Positions 1 to 9,121 are shown, counted from the stretch's first letter. The stretch: DNA of 56,295 nt from Magnetococcales bacterium (GCA_015231295.1 JADGBU010000001.1:34078-90372), one strand, 5' to 3'. Notes: generated by a model not told the origin, from the sequence alone. Made by a program: numbers and translations.

Positions 1-1505
1 AGCACCACATGGCTGGAGCTCAACGCCAGGGCGCGACACTCCACAGAGAGTGAAAATCCCGCATGATCCGCCAATCGGGTCAGCAGATCCGGCAGGCTGC
101 CGATCTGGATCGAGTCGGCCACGTCGAACAGAAAACCATGCTCCGCCGTCCGGGAAAAATCGACGATCACGGTCAAGGCACTTTCGGCGGTGATCCGGAC
201 CGCCTTGCAGCGGGTCAAACTTTTCTCCTCGATGGTGAAACGGGCCTCCCGCGCGGCACCCGGACGGGTTTCGGGGGCGACGGTCGGCACCACCACCGGC
301 AGGGGGTCGAGCATGCGATTCAGGGCAATGCCCAGGGTGCGATAGATACCCTCCCAGGCGTGATGGGGATCTTCCGCAGAGCAGAGACGCACGCCGATTC
401 TGGCCTTCATGCCCTGAGCGAGACCGGTCATCAACTCCCACATGGGGCGACCGGTGGCGGCCTGTTCGCAGCGCAGACCGAGAAACCACTCCCCATCCAC
501 CCCGCTGCCCCGGATGAATTCGGCGGCGGGCCGATCGGCATCGAGTTCCACCAGAATTTCCGCGCTGCCGTCATCGATCATCCCCAGGGCGGCGGCGCGA
601 TTCCGATGCCGGGGCATCTGCGCCAGTTGCTGGCCGAGCATACATCCCAAGTCGAGCCATTGATCGTTGTTCCACTCCAGGCGAATCCCCATGCCCAGTC
701 GCCAGGCGATATGCTCGACCATGTGACTGACGAAATCGTTGGGGGTCAGGATCTGTTTTTTTCGTATATCGCCGCTCTGGATGGCCAGATGCAGCGGATG
801 AAAGGCCTGATAGACCTGATTGGCCATGCCGCATCCGGCCAGCGTGTCGAAACGGGTGCCGCCGGTGGTCACGGCCACGGTATGGCATCCGGCGCGGAAT
901 CCCGCCTCCAGTCCGAGCAGGGAGTCCTCGACCACCACGCAGCGTTCCGGCGGCACGCCCAGTTGGCGCGCGGCATGAAGATAACCATCCGGAGCCGGTT
1001 TTTTCTGAAACCCGGGCAGATCGTTGCCGATGATCAGCTCCACGGCCCGATGAATGCCGGAGCGTTCCAGAATCGCCTGGACATCCCGGGTGGCGTTGTT
1101 GGAAACCACCGCCATGCGAATGCCTTGTTGTCGGGCCGCCTGCAAAATTTCGGGGATGCCCGGAAGCAGATCGAAGGCGGTTTGCAGACGGGCGATTTCG
1201 TACTGTTCCAGGATGGCCGACCGGATGGACTCGGCGCACGTAAGGCCCTGGGTTTCCTCCAGATGGGCAAAAATCCGCTGCCAGAAGGCCGGAGGATGCA
1301 GCGCGAAGATGGAACCGATAAACTCTTCGGTCAGCGGAGCGGCGGCCTCCCATCGTTCCTGGAGCAGTTGATTGCAAAGACGCAGATCCAGACCCAGAGA
1401 GTCGATGAGAACGCCATCCATGTCCCAGAGGATGGCCGCGCAATCGGTCGGCAGCAGCAGACGTTGCGCGAGGAGTGATTTGGAGGAGCACTGAGAGCTG
1501 TTCAT
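1..1505 (-). CDS. HAD-IA family phosphatase fused to imidazoleglycerol-phosphate dehydratase (HisB/IGPD)-like domains; 3' end runs off the window
   Basis: Manual translation from ATG at 1505, open to position 1: MNSSQ...ILWDMDGVLIDS (HAD motif I)...VVSNN...KKPAPD...VVEDS; then TPNDFVSHMVEHIAW, GMIDDG, EDPHHAWEGIYRTLGIAL, RITAES, SSSHVV (IGPD-like). Absent from the ORF track because it has no stop in the window; the 63..1478 + ORF is its antisense shadow. Confidence 0.85.
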   Translation of the reverse strand, partial: MNSSQCSSKSLLAQRLLLPTDCAAILWDMDGVLIDSLGLDLRLCNQLLQERWEAAAPLTEEFIGSIFALHPPAFWQRIFAHLEETQGLTCAESIRSAILEQYEIARLQTAFDLLPGIPEILQAARQQGIRMAVVSNNATRDVQAILERSGIHRAVELIIGNDLPGFQKKPAPDGYLHAARQLGVPPERCVVVEDSLLGLEAGFRAGCHTVAVTTGGTRFDTLAGCGMANQVYQAFHPLHLAIQSGDIRKKQILTPNDFVSHMVEHIAWRLGMGIRLEWNNDQWLDLGCMLGQQLAQMPRHRNRAAALGMIDDGSAEILVELDADRPAAEFIRGSGVDGEWFLGLRCEQAATGRPMWELMTGLAQGMKARIGVRLCSAEDPHHAWEGIYRTLGIALNRMLDPLPVVVPTVAPETRPGAAREARFTIEEKSLTRCKAVRITAESALTVIVDFSRTAEHGFLFDVADSIQIGSLPDLLTRLADHAGFSLSVECRALALSSSHVV

Positions 1506-1537
1506 GGAAAGTTCCGATCCGGCCAGGTGATCATCAA

Positions 1538-1580
1538 CCATTGAAAAAAAAGAGGGGGTCTGGGGGATTCATCCCCCAGG
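1538..1580. repeat. Intergenic palindromic repeat type A, copy 1
   Basis: ccattgaaaaaaaagagggggtctgggggattcatcccccagg, identical over 43 bp to 7167..7209; contains the ctggggga-ttca-tcccccag hairpin. Confidence 0.9.
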
Positions 1581-1617
1581 ATTTTGACTTTCAAGAAAAA
1601 ATATTCAGTTGAACGTC

Positions 1618-1667
1618 CCAGGGGCGTTGCCCCTGGACCCACCAGGGGCCATTGGCCCCTGGACCCC
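1618..1667. repeat. Intergenic double-hairpin repeat type B, copy 1 (REP/MITE-like)
   Basis: ccaggggcgttgcccctgg-accca-ccaggggccattggcccctgg-acccc; near reverse complement of 9146..9193. Confidence 0.85.
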
Positions 1668-1688
1668 GACAGTGGTAGCGAACGGGAG

Positions 1689-2744
1689 TCAGTCACAAAT
1701 CGAATTTTTGATGATCATGATCTCGTCCATGCTGGAAAGCAAAGCGTCCACAATCGTCGGATCGAAGTGCCGGCCCCGTTCCTGGGTGATCAGGGCCACG
1801 GCATCGGCCACCGGCCAGGGTTTTTTATAGGGACGCCAGGAGGTCAAGGCATCGAAAACATCGGCCACGGCGCAAATGCGACTTTCGATGGGAATCGCCT
1901 CGCCGGACAATCCCTTGGGATAACCGGTGCCATTCCACTTTTCATGATGGGTCAAGGCGATTTTGTGGGCGGTCACGAGGGGCTCGTCCCGATAACCGGA
2001 CAGAATGTTGCCGCCGATGGTGGCATGCGTCTTGATGATCTCGAACTCTTCCGGCTCCAGCCGACCGGGTTTGAGCAGAATGCTGTCGGGAATGCCGATC
2101 TTGCCGACATCATGCATCGGGGTGGCATGCAGAATCAGATCGCAATGCGCCTCGGACAACCCCAAATGTCGGGCAATGTGGGTGGCAAACTGTCCCATGC
2201 GGATCACGTGTTGTCCGGTTTCGTTATCCCGGTATTCGGCGGCGCGTCCCAGACAGCGAATCACCTCCAGACGGGTTTCGTGGAGTTGTCGGGTGCGCTC
2301 CTTGATTTTTTCTTCCATGCGTTTGTAAAGCAGACGCACCGTCAGCATGTTGCGAATGCGGGAGATCACCTCGGAGGGATTGAACGGCTTGTTGAGAAAA
2401 TCCTGCGCGCCGTGCGCCAGAGCCTCCAGCCGGATCGACTCGTCGGTATTGGCGGTGATGACCAGAATCGGCAGATAGGGATCCCGACCGATGCGCTCCA
2501 GAATACGCATCACCTCGATGCCGGGCAGATGCGGCATTTCCAGATCCAGCAGCATCAGATCGAAACGCTGCTGAATCCACAGCTCTTCCACCTGCCTGGG
2601 ATCGTCCAGGGTGACGACGTTGGCATATCCGTGCTGACGCAACAGGCTTTTCAGTACAATCAGATTGAGTTTTTGGTCGTCCACAATCAGAATGCGGGCC
2701 TGATTGCGTTCGGCATCCAGGCTGGAATCAATGGCAGCGGACAT
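1689..2744 (-). CDS. REC + HD-GYP response regulator (RpfG-like c-di-GMP phosphodiesterase)
   Basis: REC (ILIVDD, LLDLEMP, NKP), then AAEYRDNETGQHVIR, HDVGKIG, HHEKWNGTGYP, RPYK. Confidence 0.93.
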   Translation of the reverse strand: MSAAIDSSLDAERNQARILIVDDQKLNLIVLKSLLRQHGYANVVTLDDPRQVEELWIQQRFDLMLLDLEMPHLPGIEVMRILERIGRDPYLPILVITANTDESIRLEALAHGAQDFLNKPFNPSEVISRIRNMLTVRLLYKRMEEKIKERTRQLHETRLEVIRCLGRAAEYRDNETGQHVIRMGQFATHIARHLGLSEAHCDLILHATPMHDVGKIGIPDSILLKPGRLEPEEFEIIKTHATIGGNILSGYRDEPLVTAHKIALTHHEKWNGTGYPKGLSGEAIPIESRICAVADVFDALTSWRPYKKPWPVADAVALITQERGRHFDPTIVDALLSSMDEIMIIKNSICD

Positions 2745-2879
2745 GGTATAACGTCACCTGGATACGACATCAAAAGGATCACGGATCGCGCGAAATGACT
2801 CTTTAGATCACTATATCGACTGCTTTCCATCGGTTCAAGTGTTTTGCCGTCCGGCCAGAAGAAAAAGGAGAGCCTTTTT

Positions 2880-4019
2880 ATGAGGATCAACGCCGGCCAG
2901 TCGGCCTGGTTGCAGGGATTGCGGGACGATTTGGGTCAATTCGTGACCAGCCTGCAACACGACGATCACAGTGGACGTTATCGCCCCTGTCGCGATGGAT
3001 CGGTGGAAGCCGGAACGAAGGCGGCTTTGGGATTCGGCTGCTTTGCCAAAAAAATTCTCGACGCCACCGGACTCTGGCCGCAACTGACCGCCGCCGAACA
3101 GCGAACCCGACTGGATTTTCTCCATGGTTTTCAGCTTCGGGAGGAGGAGAAGCCTCCCTTTCCGGGGATGACGGGAGCCTTTCTGGATAAGGCTCTGCTG
3201 AGAGCGATTCCCGCGCCGCCCGAATCGTGGCGCGCGCAGATGAAACGGCGGTGGCAAGGCGCGCCGCCCCCTCCCGATCCCAGAGCGGAAGCTTTGCTGG
3301 CCGAAACCAAACAGGCCATCGCCACCCTGGCCTGGTCGGACGAACCGCCTCGCGTTCCATTCGGCGGCTTTCCCCGACAGCCCGCCCCTCTGCTCGCCCG
3401 CCTGAACGGACTCGACTGGAGCCGTCCCTGGGGAGCCGGAGCCAAAAGCGCGGCCCTGGCGGTCTTCATCCGCACCCAGGGGCCACGGCTTCCCGACGTG
3501 GAGACGGTCGCTCTGCAACGGGTCATGACACAATTTCTGCAGGGTCTGGTGGATCCGACCACCGGCGGCTATTTCCGCGCCCCCTCCCCTCCGCCCCGAG
3601 GCCAGTTGATCAATGGAGCCATGAAGGTGCTCAACGCCCTGGAGTGGCTCGACGAACCGATTCACCAACCCGAACGCCTGATCGATACCTGCCTGCTGCA
3701 GGGACCGCCTCCGGCGGGATGCCATGTGGTGGATTGGATTTTCGTGGTTCACCGCTGTCTGGGTCAGACCGATCACCGTCGGCTGGAGATTCAGCAGCAG
3801 GCGGTGACGATTCTCGATCTGATCCGCCGTCATCAGAATCGGGACAAAGGGTTTTCCTACGCGCCAGGCCAGGCCCAGAGCCACTATTACGGGGCAGCGA
3901 TCTCCCGGGGACTCGACGAGGGCGATCTGCACGGAAGCTGTTTGCTCACCTGGGCGGTCGCCATGATCGTGGAGATTCTGGAGCTGGATCTGCCCGGTTG
4001 GAAACCGTTCCGGGCATGA
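2880..4019 (+). CDS. Uncharacterised protein, possibly alpha/alpha-toroid (prenyltransferase/squalene cyclase repeat-like)
   Basis: Protein-like ORF with Trp/Gly-rich motifs (LDWSRPWGAG, QLINGAMKV, HQNRDKGFSY); ATGA overlap with the downstream GT2. Fold call is weak. Confidence 0.7.
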   Translation: MRINAGQSAWLQGLRDDLGQFVTSLQHDDHSGRYRPCRDGSVEAGTKAALGFGCFAKKILDATGLWPQLTAAEQRTRLDFLHGFQLREEEKPPFPGMTGAFLDKALLRAIPAPPESWRAQMKRRWQGAPPPPDPRAEALLAETKQAIATLAWSDEPPRVPFGGFPRQPAPLLARLNGLDWSRPWGAGAKSAALAVFIRTQGPRLPDVETVALQRVMTQFLQGLVDPTTGGYFRAPSPPPRGQLINGAMKVLNALEWLDEPIHQPERLIDTCLLQGPPPAGCHVVDWIFVVHRCLGQTDHRRLEIQQQAVTILDLIRRHQNRDKGFSYAPGQAQSHYYGAAISRGLDEGDLHGSCLLTWAVAMIVEILELDLPGWKPFRA

Positions 4020-5092
4020 TCCGCACCGCCACTCCCGATCGATCCGCACCTCGGGTCACGGTGCTCACCAGCGTTTTCAACGGGGCGCGCTTTCTGGACG
4101 AGGCCATCGGGAGCATTCATCGGCAGAGCTGCGGCGATTTTGAATATCTGCTGATCGACGACGCCTCCACCGACGCCACCCCGACGCTTCTCGCGACCTG
4201 GGCCGAAAGAGATCCCCGCATTCGGGTGATCCGCAACGAAACCAACCTCGGCCTGACCCGCTCTCTGAACAAAGGCATCCATCTGGCCCGCGCGCCGTGG
4301 ATCGCCCGTCAGGATGCGGATGACTGGTCGCATCCCGAACGACTGGCCAAACAGCTTGCCCATCTGGAAACCCATCCGGAGATCGGTCTGTTGGGATGCG
4401 CCGCCTGGTGGATGGATCCTCTCGGTCAGCGGGAAGCCGCTCCCCGCGTCAATCCGGTCGATCACGAGGAGATTGCCTGGACCTTGTTATTCCACAATCC
4501 CTTTTTTCATACCTCGGTCCTCTTCTCCCGCGCTCTGGTGCGGACGCATCCCTACGACGAGGCCTGGCGTTTCGGACAGGATTTCGAACTCTGGGGCCGC
4601 TTGTCGCGGCATACCCGGTGCGCCAATTTGGCCGAACCGCTGGTCTGCATACGGCGTCACGAGGAGCGGGTCAGCGCGCGGCACTTTCAGAGTCAACAGG
4701 CCTCGACCCTGGAGTTGACCGCGAGCCGTTGTCGGGCACTCTGTCCGGAGCTGACCTGGGATCCGGAACGATTGCAGACACTGCGGAGCCTGCAAAGCTC
4801 CCGATGGGCCACCTCGGAGGAGTCGCCGGAGTTGCACGGAGTCTGGTTGCGGCTGTTTCAGGCGTTCGCGCAACAGGAGGGGCTGGATCGGCGACCTCTG
4901 GACGCGCTGCGGCAACAGGTGCTGCAACGCTCGTGGCGCGCCGTGATCGGCATGACGAACCTTGAGGCGCGTTGGTCGGTGATCCGGGAGATGGGACGGG
5001 TGGCAGGAGCGTGGGAGAGCTTCCGCGCCCTGGGCATCCTGATGGGCAGACGGGCCTGGCGCGCCATGGCCCCGGACCGGAACGCCCCCTGA
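4016..5092 (+). CDS. Glycosyltransferase family 2
   Basis: VTVLTSVFNGARFLDEAIGSI, IDDASTD, NLGLTRSLNKG, ARQDADD, GQDFELW; real start is the ATG at 4016 inside ORF 3227..5092. Confidence 0.92.
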   Translation: MIRTATPDRSAPRVTVLTSVFNGARFLDEAIGSIHRQSCGDFEYLLIDDASTDATPTLLATWAERDPRIRVIRNETNLGLTRSLNKGIHLARAPWIARQDADDWSHPERLAKQLAHLETHPEIGLLGCAAWWMDPLGQREAAPRVNPVDHEEIAWTLLFHNPFFHTSVLFSRALVRTHPYDEAWRFGQDFELWGRLSRHTRCANLAEPLVCIRRHEERVSARHFQSQQASTLELTASRCRALCPELTWDPERLQTLRSLQSSRWATSEESPELHGVWLRLFQAFAQQEGLDRRPLDALRQQVLQRSWRAVIGMTNLEARWSVIREMGRVAGAWESFRALGILMGRRAWRAMAPDRNAP

Positions 5093-5139
5093 AACCAACT
5101 CAAGGGAGAGCGGATCCGGTCCGGAGTGTGCGTCAGGCG

Positions 5140-6441
5140 TCAGCGCGGCCTTTTGAGAATCGCGTTGGCGTGGGAGGAGAAACCCTCGTACTGGGCGAAG
5201 CGCAGCGCGGTATCCTTGATGTCCTCATACCCCTGACGACTGAGCCAGCCGATGGAGGAGCGTTTCAGGAAGTCGAACACCGTGACGCAGGAGAAGGTCT
5301 TGGCGAATCCGCCGGTGGGCAGAATGGCGTTGACCCCCAACGAAAAGTTGCCGATGGTGATCGGCGTGTGGGCTCCGAGGAGGATTTCACCGGCGTGCAG
5401 GATGCGATTGGCCACGAACAGCGGATCCTCGGTCATCACTTCGAGGTGTTCCGGGGCGAAATCGTTGGTGAAGGCGATGGAAGCCGACAGACTGGAAGTC
5501 AGCACCACCCCGCCATAGTTGGAAAGCACCGTGCGACAGAACTGCTGCCGCTGTTCCGGCAGATCGTCGATCAGGCCGGGGAGAATCTCCCGCACCCGTT
5601 CGGCCAGCGCGCGATCGTGCGTGACCAGCATGGCGGTGGAATCGGGTCCATGTTCGGCCTCGATGAGCAGATCGAGGGCCGCGACGAAAGGATCGGCGTG
5701 CTGATCGCACAGGATGATCGATTCGCTCGGGCCCGCCGGGGCACCGCCATCGATCTTGCTGTAGAGCAGTCGTTTGGCCGCCGCGACATACCCGCTGCCC
5801 GGACCGCTGGTCTTGACCACTTTGGGCACGGTTTCGGTGCCATAGGCCATGGCGGCGATGGCCTGGGCGCCACCGGTCTTGTAGACCTCGCGGATGCCGC
5901 ACAGTTCGGCGGCGAACAGGGTGGCGTCATCGGCCCCGCCGCCGGGAGCCGGAGGCGTGCACACCATGATATGTTCCACTCCGGCGATTTTCGCGGGCAG
6001 ACCGAGCATCAGCATCACCGAGGGGAAGGCCCCCTTGCCTCTGGGCACATAGAGTCCCACCGAGGGAATGGGGGTGATCTTTTCGCCCGCCATGATGCCG
6101 GGTTGAATCTCCTTGAACCACATCGCTTCCGGCATTTGCGCTTCGTGGAAGGAGCGGATGTTGGCGGCGGATTTGCGGATCACCTCCTTGACATCTTCCG
6201 GAAGATTATGGCGCGCCCGGTCGAACTCCTCTTCGCTGGCCTTGAGCTGAGAAGCCTCCATGATCACTTTGTCGAAACGGGCGTTGAAATCGATCAGAGC
6301 CGCGTCTCCTTCGTTCTTGACCCGTTCGATGATCGGCGCGACCACCGGCAGCAGATTTTCGATATCGTTTTCCGAGCGGGTCAGCAGGGCGCGGATTTGG
6401 GACGGTTCCATCTCGTCCAGGACAAACAGATTAATCTTCAT
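5140..6441 (-). CDS. hisD: Histidinol dehydrogenase homologue with non-canonical active site
   Basis: GLYVPRG, GGAQAIAAMAYGT, GPG, PAGPSE, AEHG, APEHLEV, LPTGG, EGFSSHANAI; substitutions at metal and substrate positions (see findings). Confidence 0.85.
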   Translation of the reverse strand: MKINLFVLDEMEPSQIRALLTRSENDIENLLPVVAPIIERVKNEGDAALIDFNARFDKVIMEASQLKASEEEFDRARHNLPEDVKEVIRKSAANIRSFHEAQMPEAMWFKEIQPGIMAGEKITPIPSVGLYVPRGKGAFPSVMLMLGLPAKIAGVEHIMVCTPPAPGGGADDATLFAAELCGIREVYKTGGAQAIAAMAYGTETVPKVVKTSGPGSGYVAAAKRLLYSKIDGGAPAGPSESIILCDQHADPFVAALDLLIEAEHGPDSTAMLVTHDRALAERVREILPGLIDDLPEQRQQFCRTVLSNYGGVVLTSSLSASIAFTNDFAPEHLEVMTEDPLFVANRILHAGEILLGAHTPITIGNFSLGVNAILPTGGFAKTFSCVTVFDFLKRSSIGWLSRQGYEDIKDTALRFAQYEGFSSHANAILKRPR

Positions 6442-6586
6442 GCATATTTCTCCATGACGCCCCCTCGATGCTCCCGGGGCTGGCTTGATGATGCTCCAAT
6501 CGGCACGAAACTGAAATTTTGTTGCGATTGCCCGTTTTTTGTCAAGATTCCTTGCACGTCAACCGCGATCCGGCGACCCTGCAGCC

Positions 6587-7150
6587 ATGATTCCCATGAC
6601 CGAAATACTCCATGACATTCTGCTGGCCCATCCCGAGGGGATACGGGAATATACGCTGGTGAAACTGTTGCAGCGTCGGGGGGTATCCCCCTTCGAGCAC
6701 TGCGACCTGTCCGACGAACTGTCTTTGTTTCGCACCCATTTTTTTCTGTTTCATCAGTTATATCTGTTGCAGGGACAACTGCGCCGGGAACAGCGGGGGG
6801 ATGTCGGCATTCACTGTCTGGAGATTGTGCTGCGCCCCTGGCGGGTCGATTCCGCCGGGGTGGAACCTCTGGATCCGATGCGCGCCTATTATCTGGACCC
6901 CACCCATCTGGAGCAGACCTCGCGGGAACAGGTGATCGGCTGGATCGCCGGATTCTGGCAGCGTCTGGGCCGGTGGGAGCAACGGGATTCCGCCTGCGCG
7001 ATTCTGGGAGTGGCCCTCGGTGCCGATCGGGAAACCATCAGGCGACGCTATCGGGAGTTGTCCATGGCGCATCATCCGGATCGTGGGGGCGATGCGGCCC
7101 GATTTCGGGTGATCGCCGAGGCGGCGGAGATTCTGTTAAAAAACGAATGA
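6587..7150 (+). CDS. DnaJ-related protein (N-terminal DNAJ-related domain + C-terminal J-domain)
   Basis: LFRTHFFLFHQLYLLQ, DPMRAYYLD, C-terminal IRRRYRELSMAHHPDRGGD. Confidence 0.88.
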   Translation: MIPMTEILHDILLAHPEGIREYTLVKLLQRRGVSPFEHCDLSDELSLFRTHFFLFHQLYLLQGQLRREQRGDVGIHCLEIVLRPWRVDSAGVEPLDPMRAYYLDPTHLEQTSREQVIGWIAGFWQRLGRWEQRDSACAILGVALGADRETIRRRYRELSMAHHPDRGGDAARFRVIAEAAEILLKNE

Positions 7151-7166
7151 GCCGCCGCCAAAAAAT

Positions 7167-7209
7167 CCATTGAAAAAAAAGAGGGGGTCTGGGGGATTCA
7201 TCCCCCAGG
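7167..7209. repeat. Intergenic palindromic repeat type A, copy 2
   Basis: 43-bp identity with 1538..1580; lies just after a stop codon. Confidence 0.9.
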
Positions 7210-7420
7210 GTTCTGATTGGTGTCCCATCCGTTCTGGCGGATCGTTATGCATAACAAACAAGCACCGACTGTTGCTTTGGGCTGAATAAGATTAAAAAAT
7301 ATACATAACCCCAAGATCGGCGATTTTTGAATCCGTACCAATCCTCCCCCGACTCAAGATATCATTTTGTAATTGTTTATATATTTTTTAGCTCCAAAAA
7401 TCAAACAACTTTTATAATTG

Positions 7421-7436
7421 CGGCATGTTAATTGCA
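7421..7436 (+). promoter_or_regulatory. sigma54 (-24/-12) promoter of nifA
   Basis: CGGCATGTTAATTGCA = GG-N10-GC, about 90 bp upstream of the nifA start, in AT-rich DNA. Confidence 0.7.
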
Positions 7437-7528
7437 ATTTATCCATTTTGTGAACATTGGGCTTGCGGATCGCCAGGGCGGGTTGTGTCTCTCGACCGCC
7501 TTCCTGGCAATCGTGGAGGGTGTGCGAT

Positions 7529-9121
7529 ATGGAAATTCTGGAGCCTTTTACCGAAGATGTCATCTTCGCGGAAAAGTCGGTCACGGCCACCTATCTGCGG
7601 GCTTTGTTTTATGTCGGTCAGGCGTTGCACCTGTCGGCGGACCCGAGACGCACCATGCAAAGCGTGGTGGAAGCGTTGTACCAATACGCCGACATGAAAA
7701 TTGCCACCATCACCTTGGTGGAACACTCGTCAGGGGCTTTGTTCATCAATGCGGTAGCTCCTCTCGGACCCAATACCCTGTGTGACGATATTTGCTATCA
7801 ATCCGGAGAGGGGGTATTGGGAACGGTGCTGGCTGCCGGTCGCACCATCCTGGTGCCCCGTGCCGGTGACGAACCCCGATTCCTCAACAAATGCGGCTTG
7901 CTGAAACTTCATCTGCCCTTCATCGGCGTGCCGATCCGGATTGGTGATCAGGAGTTGGTCGGAGTCCTGGCCACGCAGCCCCATGCGATGGATAAAGAGC
8001 GTTTGGTGCAACAGGCCTGGTTTCTGGAAATGGTCAGTCATCTGCTGGTGCAGAGCATTCTATTGGCCCGCAAGGTCGAAGAGGAAAAACGGCATCTGGT
8101 GGATCACCGGGATCAACTGCTGATGGAGGTCCGTAACCGATACGGCTTCGAGAACGTGGTGGGCCGTTCGGCAGCCATGCGGCAGGTGTTCGATCAGGTG
8201 CGACTGGTGGCGCGGTGGAATACCACCGTCTTGTTGCGGGGCGAGTCGGGAACCGGGAAAGAGTTGACCGCTCATGCCATTCATTTCAATTCGCCACGGG
8301 CCAAGGCGCCGTTCGTCAAATTGAACTGCGCGGCACTGCCGGATAATTTGTTGGAATCCGAACTCTTCGGGCATGAAAAGGGCGCTTTCACCGGTGCGGT
8401 CGGCATCCGGCGCGGACGCTTTGAATTGGCTCATGGCGGCACTCTGTTTCTGGATGAGTTGGGCGAAATTTCTCCGGCGTTTCAGGCCAAGTTGCTGCGG
8501 GTGTTGCAGGAGGGTGAATTCGAACGGGTCGGCGGAGAACAGAGCCTGCGCGTGGATGTGCGTATCATTGCCGCGACCAATCGCAATCTGGAAGAGGCGG
8601 TGCAACGGGGATCGTTTCGTCAGGATCTCTATTATCGGTTGAATGTCATGACCATCACCTTGCCGCCGTTGCGGGCCCGCAAGGAGGATATCCCGGAGAT
8701 CGCCCGGTTTTTGCTGATTCGTATCGGCAAGCGGCAGGGGCGGCGTCTGATATTGCCCGATGCCTCCATGCGGGAGTTGATGAAATATGATTGGCCGGGC
8801 AATGTGCGGGAGCTGGAAAATTGTCTGGAACGGGCCTCGGTGATGAGCGTGGGCAATATTCTGGCTCCGGAAAGTGTGATCGTGGGCTCTGTGTCCGGAG
8901 AACTCAAGCCTTTTGCGGCGAGTTTCGGTGTTCCGGCGGTGGTTGCGGCGTCGGAGGTTGAAAGCGAAGGCGAAATGGGAGAGGGCGAAAAAGAACGCGT
9001 GATTCAGGCGTTGCGCAAGACCGGATGGGTCAAGGCCAAGGCGGCCCGTCTGCTGGGATTGACGCCGAGGCAAATCGCTTATCGCATCAAGATCTTCGGG
9101 ATTGAAACCGAGACATTCTGA
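7529..9121 (+). CDS. nifA: Nif-specific transcriptional activator NifA (GAF-AAA+-HTH)
   Basis: GAF (YQSGEGVLG, EPRFLN), GESGTGKE, GAFTGA, WPGNVRELEN, HTH WVKAKAARLLGLTPRQIAYRI; RBS ggagg before ATG 7529. Confidence 0.96.
   Translation: MEILEPFTEDVIFAEKSVTATYLRALFYVGQALHLSADPRRTMQSVVEALYQYADMKIATITLVEHSSGALFINAVAPLGPNTLCDDICYQSGEGVLGTVLAAGRTILVPRAGDEPRFLNKCGLLKLHLPFIGVPIRIGDQELVGVLATQPHAMDKERLVQQAWFLEMVSHLLVQSILLARKVEEEKRHLVDHRDQLLMEVRNRYGFENVVGRSAAMRQVFDQVRLVARWNTTVLLRGESGTGKELTAHAIHFNSPRAKAPFVKLNCAALPDNLLESELFGHEKGAFTGAVGIRRGRFELAHGGTLFLDELGEISPAFQAKLLRVLQEGEFERVGGEQSLRVDVRIIAATNRNLEEAVQRGSFRQDLYYRLNVMTITLPPLRARKEDIPEIARFLLIRIGKRQGRRLILPDASMRELMKYDWPGNVRELENCLERASVMSVGNILAPESVIVGSVSGELKPFAASFGVPAVVAASEVESEGEMGEGEKERVIQALRKTGWVKAKAARLLGLTPRQIAYRIKIFGIETETF

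Noticed and set aside
63-1478. 471-aa plus-strand ORF
   Set aside because: Exact antisense register of the real minus-strand HAD/IGPD-like gene; no motifs of its own.
1538-1667. Possible CRISPR array
   Set aside because: No regularly spaced repeat-spacer units and no cas genes; these are dispersed hairpin repeats.
3227-4015. N-terminal extension of the GT2 ORF
   Set aside because: Out-of-frame overlap with the upstream gene; the GT2 domain starts after ATG 4016.
6500-6516. sigma54-like CGGCACG upstream of the DnaJ-related gene
   Set aside because: No GC at the -12 position with 10-bp spacing.
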